A stretch of 64,000 nucleotides of DNA, taken from positions 45,942,001-46,006,000 of the forward strand of contig OX597828.1 in assembly GCA_951406725.2 (NCBI GenBank), read 5' to 3'. Of this stretch, positions 1 to 14,938 are shown one piece after another. The translations under genes were made by a program, and so were the position numbers. The first letter of the stretch is position 1, and each line of letters opens with the position of its first letter. This DNA comes from Octopus vulgaris. Taxonomy: Eukaryota. Under the pieces are notes generated by a model. The model saw only the letters and a list, made by a program, of their open reading frames with translations. It was not told the origin of the DNA and did not search any database.

Positions 1-50
1 GCTGATCGGATCAACTGGACCCTTCGTCGTCGTAACTGACGGAGTGCCAC
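1..50 (+). mobile_element. 3' tail of SINE family C, cut by window edge
   Basis: GATCGGATCAACTGGACCCTTCGTCGTCGTAACTGACGGAGTGCC matches the 3' end of the copies at 58331-58700 and 53254-53640. Confidence 0.8.
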
Positions 51-798
51 GATATATACATATATATATATATAGCTTTGTATAAATTTGGAATTCAATA
101 AAAGAACAAAATCTCTCTACCCATTTCATACAGAGAAAATTCCTTTCAACAGTATAATATATAACTTAATAAAAAAAAATATACACAATTGTCATCGCGT
201 GATGACTATTATTCGAGATACGTAGACGCCCTTCATTGGGTTTCAAATGTTAAAATATCACAAAGGTTATGGCTTAAACTTGCACACTTCTTTGGCCTTT
301 ATTTGACAACTGGAGTTAGTTTGTTTACCAACACATAACTTAGCGGTTTGGCCAAGGAAGCCGATGGAATAAATATCAGATTTTTTTCTACTAATGCCCT
401 TCAAGGAGTTGCTCCAGCATGGTCGCAATCAGGATGAAAAGGATGAAAAAATAAAGGATGAAAAACAAACCTGGACATTAATATTTAACAATATCTTGCG
501 TATTCGAGTAGCATAAACATTGATCGTATCTGATTATTTGCCAGACTATTGACGAGATGAAAGAACGTATGCTACATCTTGTATTAAATGACTAAATAAA
601 TTTAACGTCTTTCATTGGTTAATGTTTTAAAAGAAAGGTGAATGATCTTGTAAAACTTTCACGCCAAAAATTCACTCTTTTTCTCAGTTTCCCCCACGAT
701 TTTATTGCGTGAGGGAATTTGTAAAAAAAAATATTCAAATCACTTGAAATTTTCTTTGGCAATAATTATTATTATTTCAACAGATTCATCCATAACGT

Positions 799-1275
799 GT
801 TAGGGTGGCGGACTCGCAGTTGTAGGATCGCGGTTTCGATTCCCAGTCTAGGCATTGTGAGTGCTTATTCAGCGAAAACACCTAAAGCTCCACGAGGCTC
901 CGGCAGTGGGTGGTAGTGAACCCTGCTGTACTCTTTCACCACAACTTTCTCTCACTCTTTCTTCCTGTTTCTGTTGTACCTGTATTTCAAAGGGCCAGCC
1001 TTGTCACACTCTGTGTCACGCTGAATCTCTCCGAGACCCACGTTAAGGGTACACGTGTCTGTGGAGTGCTCAGCCACATGTACGTTAATAAATGAGCTGG
1101 TGCCAAGCTGTATCTGTTGTTGTCTTTCCCTTGGATAGCGTCAGTGGCGTGGTGAGAGTAGGCTTGTATACATGGGCGACTGCTGGTCTTCCATAAACAA
1201 TTTTGCCCAGATTTGTACCTCGGAAGGTAACTTTCTAGGTGCAATCCCATGGTCATTCATGACCGTAAGGGGGTC
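799..1275 (+). mobile_element. Chimeric SINE: family C head/body (799-1089) joined to family D 3' half (1090-1275)
   Basis: First part aligns to 58331-58630; second part aligns to 40945-41138. Confidence 0.8.
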
Positions 1276-1635
1276 ACAACACAACAATCTATAACACGTT
1301 TTAGATGACAACACACGCTTAAACGAAATCACCATGATTACTTTACATCCTAGTTCACCTACACTTTTCATAATATTTCGTTTATATTGTTATGACATTT
1401 ATTACACTAGCGAGAAAAGTTATCTAGATAAATTGATATATCATTTGAATAATTTTACTGTAAGAAAAATACAATCACAACACAGATAAATAATTAAATA
1501 ATCCAGAAGATATTAGACAAATTAAGTGTGATACATTGAAAGATTTTCTTTTGAATCCTAGTAAGGCCTAAGACGGATCATCATAGGTTGATCCAAGATT
1601 AAACGGTATGTGTGTCTTTATATATGTATATATAA

Positions 1636-1872
1636 AGGCGGCGAGCTGGCAGAAACGTTAGCACGCCGGGCGAAATGCTTAGCCGTATTTCGTCTGTCGT
1701 TACGTTCTGAGTTCAAATTCCGCCGAGGTCGACTTTGCCTTTCATCCTTTCGGAGTCGATAAATTAAGTACCAGTTACGCACTGGGGTCGATGTAATCGA
1801 CTTAATACCTATGTCTGTCCTTGTTTGTCCCCTCTGTGTTTAGCCCCTTGTGGGTAGTAAAGAAATAGGTAT
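1636..1872 (+). mobile_element. SINE family A, full length (tRNA-like head, central TTTCATCCTTTCGGGGTCGATAAATTAAGTACCAG domain, possibly Meta/MESC-like)
   Basis: A box TGGCAGAAACGTTAG, B box GAGTTCAAATTCC; many copies in the window. The domain name is from memory and unverified. Confidence 0.85.
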
Positions 1873-1931
1873 ATGTCTCTGTATATGTACAAATATGTGT
1901 GTGTGTGTGTGTGTGTGTACATGTACATAAT

Positions 1932-2414
<483 letters not shown>

Positions 2415-2619
2415 ATCCAAGAGTTGACGTAATAAAAACATCGGGCGAATATAAAATATTAATTCAATATTTTTTTGTACCGTTTGAACTCATTGCTGAT
2501 AAAGCTATAAAAACAAATATGTAAATATTTGATTAAAATTATACCACTGTATAAAAAACGTCGAAAGCTTTCCCCGATTATTTGTAGCTTTATATGCTTC
2601 AAGATTCACCGATCCAAAA

Positions 2620-2724
<105 letters not shown>

Positions 2725-2896
2725 ATGTGAAGTCAGCCAAATCCAGCGAAAAAGACTTTCGCCGACTTAGACTGCATAAGAAGGTACTTGGCCGAAAGTA
2801 CCGTGAAGTGTGAATGAAGATGAACCTTCGAGACTACAATACGAAATATATGTCAGCGGATAGTCGTGTCTACACCTTAGATATGTTTGACTATGT

Positions 2897-2973
<77 letters not shown>

Positions 2974-3070
2974 CGTATACAGCCACAAAGCTACAAAAGC
3001 ATGCCCAGAAGTTCAGACTAACTTCTATGCATACATACACCGAAATACACACGCTCTCACGCACACACGT

Positions 3071-3121
<51 letters not shown>

Positions 3122-3204
3122 TGCACAGACACACCCGTGTTTATATCTTTGTATGAGTAATATCAGACATACAGGTAGAAAAAAAACTACGCACAGATGG
3201 AGTC

Positions 3205-3245
<41 letters not shown>

Positions 3246-3297
3246 TTACACGTAAATACATACATACATAAATACACACACACACTCACACACACAC

Positions 3298-3340
<43 letters not shown>

Positions 3341-4277
3341 TGTTTGTATACGTACATAGATATCTATATATCTATATATATGTATAAACATATATATATA
3401 TACATATATATATATATTTATATATATGTATGTATGTATGTATATATGCATATGTACAATACCTACAAATACATGTGTGCAGTATACATATATGCATATA
3501 TAAACATGTTTCAATGTGTGTACGAGTAGACTGTGAAGTAACCTTCCTTCATAGGAACAAGCACAGACGAGTGATAACTACGATGACATACTAACTTACT
3601 TACCAATACTAAGCAGACGTGCCAAGATGCAAACACACACACACATATGCAAACACACACATACACACACACAGATATAGGATACCCGAACGCACTTACA
3701 CAAATAAACGTATGCATGTATATATGGATATGCTCTTACGTTATATACGAATACATATATATATATATATATATGTATGTATATATGTATGAATGAATGA
3801 TATATACATATATAGGTCTGTATGTACATTGTGGTTTTTATGTATATATGTATGTATGTGTGTGTGTGTGTATTTATATTAAAGAGGGGTTATATGTATA
3901 TATGAATATTTATATGTTTCTAGAAAAGCATAAATTCAGACTTCTGTAGAATCTAACATTTTTTACTATGATATTATACATATACTTATATATATATATA
4001 CATATATTTTTATAAATATATATATATATACATTATTACTATATAAGTATATGTATGCATGTATATATATATGTATATATATGTGTGTGTGTATATATAT
4101 ATGTATGCATATTTTATATTGTATAAATCTATATATGCATACAATCATGATGTATATATATATATATATGAATATTTATGTATATATATAGTTATATATA
4201 CAAAGAGAGAGTGAGAGACTAAGAGAGTGAGATATGTACATGTATATAAATATATATTTATATATATGTATATATAC

Positions 4278-4345
<68 letters not shown>

Positions 4346-4513
4346 GTATATATGTAAACAGCATTACATGTGTTTTATATTGACAGGGGAAGTTGCGGCT
4401 TAAGTAGATTGGTTCGAATATAGGTGACTTATCAACGGCTTCAGACGTGTGAAATGGGTCATTGCAATATAGATGCTATGCTGCTACACATACACACAAA
4501 CACACACGCGTAC

Positions 4514-4574
<61 letters not shown>

Positions 4575-4653
4575 ATACATATATGTATTTCTGTATATCA
4601 TGCTTACACATTTCCGCGTACGTTTTGTATTGAAATCCATATTTTCTGTATGA

Positions 4654-4766
<113 letters not shown>

Positions 4767-4808
4767 CATAGCCGCGGCCTTCGGGCTAAAACATTTTTAA
4801 GGATTTAT

Positions 4809-4860
<52 letters not shown>

Positions 4861-5336
4861 GCTTTATTTCTAACTTGTTTCTCTCATTGAACTGCGCCCT
4901 TCCTGGAGCAGAACTTTGTAGGTTTTCGTAGAAGGAATTGACGTCAGTGCTTATTTTTATTGATGCTTGGTATATGTTTTATTTGTTCATTTTGCCGAAC
5001 CGCTAGCTTAAGTGGACTTTGTCAAACCAACACCGGTTTTCACGCGGTGCTGTGGACCATATGTCAGCACCCATACACATAGATATATAGAAATAGAATC
5101 ATTTATGTGTGTGTGCGTGTGTGTTTGTGTCTGTATATCTATATATAATCTATGTATTTATATGCATAAATATGTCCAGCTTCTTTCATTTTTAATCTTT
5201 CAACTCCATTCAAAATATTTCGGCTGACCGTGACTAGAGAAGACACCGAATGTGAAATGAAGTGGGAGTGATCCCGGAAGCATGTTGTTTTGGTAAACGT
5301 ACTCCTTATCAGACCTGCGCCTATGTGCTTATAAAC

Positions 5337-5418
<82 letters not shown>

Positions 5419-5630
5419 CATATATATATATGTATATACATATATATATATGTATGTATGTATATATGTATGTATGTGTATATGTATGTATATATGTATG
5501 TATGTATATATATACACATATATATATACTTATATATATATATATATATACATATATACACATATATATACATTTATACACATGTTCATATGTATACATG
5601 TATATATGTGTATATATATTTGTTTATATA

Positions 5631-5663
<33 letters not shown>

Positions 5664-5685
5664 GCGTGTGTGTGTGTGTGTATGA

Positions 5686-5686
5686 C

Positions 5687-5717
<31 letters not shown>

Positions 5718-5766
5718 GTAATAATAATAATAATAATAATAATAGTAATAATGATAATAATAATAA

Positions 5767-5857
<91 letters not shown>

Positions 5858-5900
5858 AAGAAGAAGAAGAAGAAGAAGAAGAAGAAGAAGAAGAAGAAGA
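5686..5900 (+). repeat. Compound (AAT)n-(AAG)n microsatellite
   Basis: Read directly from the sequence. Confidence 0.95.
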
Positions 5901-6209
5901 AAAATAATAGCCCCAGCATGGCCACAGCTCATGAGCTGAAACTAGAATCAATCGATAGTAATAAATATAGAATGGAATTTATAGATATATTTATAATGTA
6001 TGCATATGAAAATTAATCTAGTCTTACTGCAATCTCCTTATTCTCCTTTGTAATTACCATTCCTATCTTTCTTACCGTTACCTTCTATTCCTCCCTACTA
6101 AATACACCCAGAATTCCCCACATACTCACTTCAATAAACCGTCTGTTTGGTGAAAATTGATAGCCATCTTTCAGATATACATTCGTTGTCACCAACTTTA
6201 ATGCTGTAA

Positions 6210-6341
6210 CGCCTGAAGAAATGAACGCAAGAAACTACGATCCACCCGATCTCCATGGACACTACGGATAGTACTGTAATCATCTTAAGAATGTGAACTA
6301 TGATCGTAAGAAACATTCTGTTTGCGGAAACACGCGTAGCG
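6210..6341 (+). ncRNA. Putative PLE-type hammerhead ribozyme with long stem II insert
   Basis: CGC-CTGAAGA (6213-6219) ... CGCAA/TTGCG ... GAAA (6327-6330)-CACGC-GTA-GCG; helix I is only 3 bp. Confidence 0.45.
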
Positions 6342-6543
6342 ACGCATTATAATATATTTATGTATTCCAGCCATGGATTATCTTCATTACTATGTTTATA
6401 CTACGTTATATCGGCACAGCTCAGCCCAACCTCATAAAACTGCTATTGCAAGTTGGTATCATTAGATTGTTGCCGACACAAGAAAATAGGTTTTATATAC
6501 GTACTCACTCACATATGTTTCCCGTTGACGAACTTAAAGAATA

Positions 6544-6600
<57 letters not shown>

Positions 6601-6608
6601 GTGTGTGT

Positions 6609-6643
<35 letters not shown>

Positions 6644-6674
6644 GGATAGATATGTATGTATATATATGTACATG

Positions 6675-6744
<70 letters not shown>

Positions 6745-6917
6745 CATATATATATATATATATATAATATGTTGTCTGGTAGATCATTTGACAGAAAAAT
6801 CAATCGATTGATAGAAAGATACATTGTTAGATGGAAATTCTTTTAAAACCATCATCTCACACACAGCCAATATATATGTATATATGCGTGTGTTTGCTTG
6901 TGTATATATGTATATAA

Positions 6918-7014
<97 letters not shown>

Positions 7015-7015
<1 letters not shown>

Positions 7016-8312
7016 GAGGGGTGTATGAAATGTTTTGAGCCTAACCTAGAAACGGAGCTGCTTGATAACTGAAACAATTTTTTCTGGTAACCACAGTCAT
7101 TTCAGAGTATTCTTGCTCATTTTCTTGATTCTAATATTTTACTTTTCTTGTCGCAGATATTTGAATAAAATAAAACAGGATCCAGCTTACAAAAAAAATG
7201 GAGAAAACGGAGTATCGTGCTGTTATAAAGTACCTTCATTTGAAAGGCATGACTCCATCAGAAATCCATGAAGATAAATTTGGAGAAACTTAACAGACAA
7301 TGCTACTTCATATGCAACAGTCAAACGCTGGGTAAATGAATTCAAGCGTGGCAGCGAGAGTGTGGATAATGATCCCATACTTGGAGACCTCCAACTGCAA
7401 CCGTCAAGGGCAACCCTGTCCTTGCTCTTGGTATGATATTGCAAGATCATCGCATATCATGTCGTCAGATAGCCGAGAGACTGGGCATCTCAAATGAAAG
7501 AGCAGATAACATTGTGACAAAAGAACTTAGGTTGTCAAAGGTTTCCGCTAGGTGGGTCCCTCGCCTTTTGACTCCTGAACAGAAACGTACCAGGTGCACT
7601 TTGTTCAAGAGCAATCTGGAACTGTTTGAAGCCGATGAAGGGAAGTTTCTTGCTCGTTTCATTACTATGGACGAAAGTTGGGTTCATTACTACCAACCTG
7701 AAACCGAAGAGCAATCAAAACAGTGGAAGCACACATCTTCTCCTACCCCAGAGAAGGCCAGGGTAATTCCTTTAGCTGGCAAGGTCATGGCGTCCGCTGT
7801 TTGAGATTCTCAAGGTGTCTTGCTGATCGAACACCTTGAAAACGGTCACACTGTGACAGGGCTGCATTATTTTCAGCTACTGAAACGCATCCGAGGAGCA
7901 ATCAAGGGAAAAGGCCGGAAATGCTCACCAGAGGAGGCCTTTTTCATCATGACAATGCTCAGCCCACACCTCAGTGGTTGTCATGGCAACAATTCGTGAT
8001 TTTGTATATGAATTTGCTCCCCTTTGTACCGTATTCGCCAGACTTAGCCCCCTCTGACTTTCATCTATTCCCCAAAATGAAAGAAGCCATGGCTGGTTGC
8101 CATTTTGCCACTGACAATGACATCATAGACGCTGTAGGAAGTTTCTTGGAGTCTTGAACAAAAGAGTTCTTTTACGCCAGGATAATGGTGCTTCAGCACC
8201 GCTTGAGAAAATGTTCAGTCATCGAGGGTGACTATGTTGAAAACTAAATCATGAGAGGTTTTGTACCATATTTTGTTTTTTTTGAGGCTCAAGAATTTTC
8301 ATACAACCCTAG
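7015..8312 (+). mobile_element. Full-length (1298 bp) mariner DNA transposon, probably irritans subfamily
   Basis: 28-bp imperfect TIRs at 7015-7042 and 8285-8312 (5 mismatches), TA on both sides, internal transposase. Confidence 0.95.
7198..8247 (+). pseudogene. Mariner DD34D transposase pseudogene (frameshifts and stops)
   Basis: MEKTEYRAVIKYLHLKG..., WVPRLLT, ITMDESW, HHDNA, YSPDLAPSDFHLFP and EGDYVEN* are spread over several frames. Confidence 0.93.
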
Positions 8313-8364
<52 letters not shown>

Positions 8365-8684
8365 CGCGCGTGCTTGAGCCGTTTTGTTTTTGAGAAGCTG
8401 TCGTATAATACATTCGGTGCTGCCGTGAAGTAGCGCCCTAGATTTGAACGCGTTTAAGAAGTTTACTTCAGAAGTGCAGGAACTCAGCTTCTGTGTTCTA
8501 TATAAATGTCCATTTATAGGTTTACACACATATTTCGCTAAAGCGTTTCGTATAGCTTATACTATATATTACTGCACCATAGCAGTAAAAAAGGGTATAT
8601 AGACATATTAGTGCCTATACACGCATCGTTTGAATATATTTAACAACAATGAGAATTAATTGTGCGTTCCAATCTTTCGGACAA

Positions 8685-9000
<316 letters not shown>

Positions 9001-9064
9001 TATTTACGTAAAAATATTCCTAGATGCACATGTATAAAAACATAAACATATACTTATGTATAGA

Positions 9065-9111
<47 letters not shown>

Positions 9112-9287
9112 GCATATATATATGCATATATGTATATATACAATGTTTATAGCATTATATAACATATACAATGGTACAAGATGCTAAAAATGTATATACA
9201 TATACATTCTTACATAAGCGTATTCACCTATGTATGTATATATCTATACTGATGTGCATTATCTGACTATTTTTAAAAGTATTTAAT

Positions 9288-9504
9288 TGTACATTATTTA
9301 CATTATTTACATTTGACGGATATTTGTCCTCGTCTTGTTTGTTGTTAACACACCGTTTCGGCTGATATAACCTTCAGCCTTCATCAGGTGTCTTGGGGAA
9401 ATTTCGAACCTGGCTTCTGATTCCTATGATATTTTTCGATGTTGTCGTCATCATCATCATCATCATAATCATTTTTATTCAGGTCACTATTTGGAATCGA
9501 ACTC

Positions 9505-9505
<1 letters not shown>
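9288..9505 (-). mobile_element. Family G element, 5'-truncated: B box + triplet spacer + hammerhead-bearing tail
   Basis: Reverse complement reads GAGTTCGATTCCAAATAGTGACCTGAATA...(GAT)n...GACACCTGATGAAGGCTG...CAGCCGAAACGGTGTGTT...AATGTAAATAATGTA, collinear with 32747-33105. Confidence 0.8.
9347..9392 (-). ncRNA. Minimal hammerhead ribozyme (cleavage triplet mutated to GGU)
   Basis: GACAC-CTGATGA-A-GGCTGA-loop-TCAGCC-GAAA-CG-GT-GTGTT. Confidence 0.7.
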
Positions 9506-9583
<78 letters not shown>

Positions 9584-9882
9584 GACCTGGAAATAGAGGT
9601 AACTAGAATGTGGAATCTGAAAACAGAAACAATTCCTATCATAGAAGGTGCATTAGGCATGCTAAAAAAAATATTCAGACAAATACATAACAAAAACACC
9701 AGGATTTACAAACACATATAACATACAGAAAATTGCACTACTAGGCACTGCACACATCCTACGCAGAACACTTTCCATACAATAACCATCAGAGCATCAC
9801 AACAAATCACAGCACATACCCAAGGCACACAGAGCTGCGCTCGGTAGTGAAGTGAAAGCACGCTATAAAAATAAAACTGCTG
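9584..9882 (+). mobile_element. 5'-truncated Dong/R4-clade non-LTR retrotransposon 3' end inserted in (TAA)n
   Basis: Translates DLEIEVTRMWNLKTETIPIIEGALGM.. (frameshift) ..NIQKIALLGTAHILRRTLSIQ* (stop 9783-9785), typical of the R4/Dong restriction-like endonuclease C-terminus; (AAT)n on both flanks. Confidence 0.85.
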
Positions 9883-10006
9883 AATAATAATAATAATAAT
9901 AATGATGATGATAATATTAATAATAATAGTAATAATAATGATAATAATAATGATAATAAGAATGATAATAATAATAATGATAATAATAATAATAGTAATA
10001 ATAATG

Positions 10007-10037
<31 letters not shown>

Positions 10038-10267
10038 TAATAATAATAGTAATAATAATAATAATAATAATAGTAATAATAATAATAATAATAATAGTAA
10101 TAATAATAATAATAATAATAATAGTAATAATAATAATAATATTAATAATAATAATAATAATGATAATAATAATAATATTAATAATAATAATAATAATAAC
10201 AATAATAATAATAATAATAATAATAATGATAATAATAATAATCATAATAATAATAATAATAATAATG

Positions 10268-10301
<34 letters not shown>

Positions 10302-10315
10302 TAATAATAATAATG

Positions 10316-10346
<31 letters not shown>

Positions 10347-10360
10347 TGATGATGATGATG

Positions 10361-10397
<37 letters not shown>

Positions 10398-10410
10398 GGA
10401 TAATAATAAT
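9883..10410 (+). repeat. Long imperfect (AAT)n array
   Basis: Read directly from the sequence. Confidence 0.95.
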
Positions 10411-10837
10411 AGCGACAACAGCGATATGGTTATTATTTATGCTCACATAACACTGAAATAAAGAATCACGGTGTTATCAGCATACGTACGTAGACGCACA
10501 AAAACATGTAACCTATACAAACACGCACACACACACACACAGACAGACACACTCACACAGAGAGACAGACAGACACAAACACACCTATATCACGAACATA
10601 ATCCACACACTAGAACGGCTCACACGACCACACGCACCTATACTATATTATTTGTGAAACGAGGTCCTTCTTTGTTGTCAGAATGAAAGCTCAATTCGTC
10701 TCGGTCACTCCTGGACATTCGAACTATTCACTTTCATAACTACACCGAACAAAGCGTATTTTTTCTGGTACACACGTTTAACCTTTTCTTCTAAAACTCT
10801 ATCTCTCACTCCCGCACTCTCTGTCTGTAATATCTAC

Positions 10838-10911
<74 letters not shown>

Positions 10912-10970
10912 CTATCTATCTATCTCTCTCTCTCTCTCTCTCTTATATATATATATATATATATATATAT

Positions 10971-11134
10971 AGGCGCAGGAGTGGCTGTTTGGTAAGTAGC
11001 TTGCTAACCAACCACATGGTTCCGGGTTCAGTCCCACTGCGTGGCATCCTGGGCAAGTGTCTTCTGCTATAGCCCCGGGCCGACCAAAGCCTTGTGAGTG
11101 GATTTGGTAGACGGAAACTGAAAAAAGCCTGTCG

Positions 11135-11171
<37 letters not shown>

Positions 11172-11376
11172 GTGTGCTTATGTGTCTGTGTTTGTACCCC
11201 TAGCATTGCTTGACAACCGATGCTGGTGTGTTTACGTCCCCATCACTTAGTGGTTCGGCAAAAAAAGACCGATAGAATAAGTACTGGGCTTACAAAGAAT
11301 AAGTCCCGGGGTCGATTTGCTCGACTAAAGGCGGTGCTCCAGCATGGCCGCAGTCAAATGACTGAAACAAGTAAAA
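10971..11376 (+). mobile_element. SINE family B, full length
   Basis: Head AGGCGCAGGAGTGGCTG...GGTTCAGTCCC; tail CCAGCATGGCCGCAGTCAAATGACTGAAACAAGTAAAA. Confidence 0.9.
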
Positions 11377-11389
11377 TAAAAAAAAAAAA

Positions 11390-11429
<40 letters not shown>

Positions 11430-11860
11430 CTATCTATCTATCTCACTAAATTTCTGCAGGTATGTTGAAATACTTTCGATGTCTTAATTCCTCATTGAGA
11501 GTTAGACTTAAAATTACATTGACCATTACATGTATGTCTGTATATATGTGTATCTGAATTTGTGTATGTCAGTATGTTGGTAGCACCGTGAGTATATTTT
11601 TCAGTTATTTTCAGGGTTATTATTAACGTAAGCAAGTATATACGTATACATGAGTGCATGTATGTATGTATATAGGTACAGGAAATCACTCTTAGTGCTA
11701 CTTGCAAAATATAATCCAGTACATTCTGTTGCTTGGTCGGCCGTCGATGGCTAAATCGGTAACCTTACCAAGGTTTCTTAGTGAGGAGAAAGGCTTTCGC
11801 TGAACACTCCGTAGTACGAAATGCAAATCGTGCAGAAGCGTTGATGAACTAAGGTTATTT

Positions 11861-12069
11861 AGGGCGGCGAGCTGGCAGAATCGTTAGCACGCCTGGCGAA
11901 ATGCGTAGCCGCATTTCGTCTGCCGCTACGTTCTGAGTTCAAATTCCGCCGAGGTCGACTTTGCCTTTAATCCTTTCGGGGGTCGATAAATTAAGTACCA
12001 GTTACGCACTGGAATCAATGTAATCGACTTAATCTCTTTGTCTGTCCTTGTTCGTCCCCTCTGTGTTTG
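11861..12069 (+). mobile_element. SINE family A, 3' end interrupted by a family B copy
   Basis: Aligns to 1636-1840. Confidence 0.85.
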
Positions 12070-12438
12070 ACGTAGGAGTGGCTGTGTGGTAAGTAGCTTG
12101 CTTACCAACCACATGGTTTCGGGTTCTGTCCTACTGCGTGGCACCTTGGGCAAGCGTCTTCTACTATAGCCTCGGGCCGACTAAAGCCTTGTGAGTGGAT
12201 TTGGTAGACGGAAACTGAAAGAAGCACGTTGTATATATATATACATATACATACAACACCGCTTGACAACCGATGCTGGTGTGTTTACGTCCCCGTCAAA
12301 TAATGGTTCGGCAAGAGAGCCCGATACAATAAGTACTAGGCTTACAAAGAATAAGTCCTGGGGGTCGATATGTCCCACTAAAGGCGGTGCTCCAGCATGA
12401 CCGCAGTCAAATGAAAGAAACAAATAAAAGAATAAAAG
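12070..12438 (+). mobile_element. SINE family B
   Basis: Aligns to 10971-11376. Confidence 0.85.
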
Positions 12439-13062
12439 AACAAGAGTCATCCAAAAACTGGGAACAAGAGACGCCAAGATTTTGTCTAGAAATCTCTGGA
12501 GAAGGAAAACAATTTTGATGTAATATATGCGAGGTCTTTTGCATCCAATAGTCTAGACTGTTGTTTTTGTTTTTGGGTAATTCATACGTCGATAAATTTA
12601 CTCTCTAGTCTATATATATATCTCGATTCTTTCCAGTATATCATTCCGGTTCCATTTATTTTGTATTTTATTACTAGTTCCAATATTAGAGACCATTATG
12701 TTTTTTCTTATCTAAGTTCCATTATAGAAGATATCTTCTTGCTGTGTAAATAGTGCAACAATTTTAATTGCTCGGTAGATTTATAGTTTTGACATCCTCC
12801 GCCACAGGACAACGAACTTTATTACATTTAAGGTAAGAGTAGAAAACATGGTCGCTGAGACCATAATCAAATCATTGTAAATTTTCGAAATAGTTTCTCT
12901 CTCCGCTTCATCATGGCTAAAAGCGTTGCCATGAAACCTACTAATTAGCAAGACATTTTTATTAACATTTTTGCACAAATATATGACATTATTCCAATTT
13001 GCATAATTTTCTTGTTACTTTTAGCAGTGGTTTCTATCTACGATGTACTCCCTGCATTCTAC

Positions 13063-13140
<78 letters not shown>

Positions 13141-13161
13141 GTCTGTCTGTCTGTCTGTCTT

Positions 13162-13203
<42 letters not shown>

Positions 13204-14016
13204 CATCTATCTATCTATCTATCAACCTACATACCTACCTACCAATCTATCAATCTGTCTGTGCATGTGATTGTACATGTGTGTGTTGCGCGTGCGCGCG
13301 TCTTGCAGAATTTGTACCATTTTTTAGCATTCTGAATTCCATTCCTCAACGAAATCAATTTTGCCTTTCATCATTTCGAAGTCGAAAACCTAAAGCACCA
13401 GTAAACTAATAGGGTCAATGCGCTTCTATCTAAATTAACAGTTATTATATAGGTTAATCCGTTTCGTAAGCTTAATTTGAGATTTTCATCAGAATTCACT
13501 ACCAATCTACTAAGGATTCGAACCTACGGTTGATATATATAATTTCACTGACCACATCCTTAAATACTGATAATCATATTCCGATTCTTATAAAATCGAA
13601 GATTTCAGTATTCAAGAGGCCAAACAAATATCAGGTGATTTTAGCGAAAATATCTTAAAATCACGCCATCTGAATTTCCAGAATTGTCGATATCAAATCT
13701 TTAAATAGGGTGCTTAGTAACAGTTAAGGGCATAATTCTAAGCATTCACTCTTCCTTGTTGTGAACTTGCAGTCAAGCCCATTGTACGTCAGAAACATTT
13801 ATTTCCTTATGGGGACTTAGTTTCCTAGATACGTCCTGTAGGTAACTTAGACACAATTCTTCTTAACGTCAAAGTCATTAGTCAAAATCATTAATCCGCT
13901 TTCTCAAACCACACATACACACGTATATATATGTATATGTATATGGGCGTGTGTGTGTGTTTTTTGTGCGTATGTTTATCTATCTATCATATATATATAT
14001 ATCATATATATATATG

Positions 14017-14090
<74 letters not shown>

Positions 14091-14385
14091 GACTTCGTTT
14101 TAAAATTTCCAGAAATTCCAGCGTTGATAACAGATTTTAGAGCAATACCCACGCTAATTGCCACATATACCTATTTATTTATTACACGTCCACCCGAAAT
14201 GTGTGTTGAGCAATCATTTTGTTTTGCTCGAGAAAATATTTATTCACCTAGTTATTGAGCAGACAAAGACATATATACACATATGTTATGAGGCACATAT
14301 ATTTACACAAATACAGACATATTTCTGTTTGTGTGCGTATGTATGTGTGTTAGCGTATATAAATATAAATATATATATATGTATA

Positions 14386-14472
<87 letters not shown>

Positions 14473-14511
14473 ATATGTATGTATGTAGATGGGTAAATGC
14501 AACTTGTATTT

Positions 14512-14710
14512 TTTATTCTTTACTTGTTTCAGTCATTTGACTGCGGCCGTGCTGGAGCAACGCCTTTAGTCGAACAAAACGACCCTAGGACTTATTTGTA
14601 AACCCAGTACTTATTCTATCGGTATCTTTGCTGAACCGCTAAGTTAAGGATACATAAACATACCAACATAGGTTGTCAAGCGATGGTAGGGGGACAAACA
14701 CAGACTTACG

Positions 14711-14762
<52 letters not shown>

Positions 14763-14938
14763 CGACGGGCATCTATCAGTTTCCGTCTACCGATATAAAC
14801 TCGCAAGTCTTTGGTCGGCCCGAGGCTATAATAGAAGACACTTGCCCAGAGCGCCATGCCTAAGGTGCCTTGCAATGGGACTGAACCTGGAACATTTTGG
14901 TTGGCAAGCAGTCTTCTTACCCAACAGCTACGCCTGCA
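14512..14938 (-). mobile_element. SINE family B
   Basis: Aligns to other B copies. Confidence 0.85.

Noticed and set aside
2814-2900. Possible first exon MKMNLRDYNTKY... ending at GTAAGT
   Set aside because: No recognisable domain or downstream exon, and the donor merges into (GT)n.
5255-5292. Hammerhead-like ATGAAGT-GGGA-GTGA-TCCC-GGAAGCATGT (and similar weak motifs near 21790-21826 and 49135-49160)
   Set aside because: Too many core mismatches to distinguish from chance.
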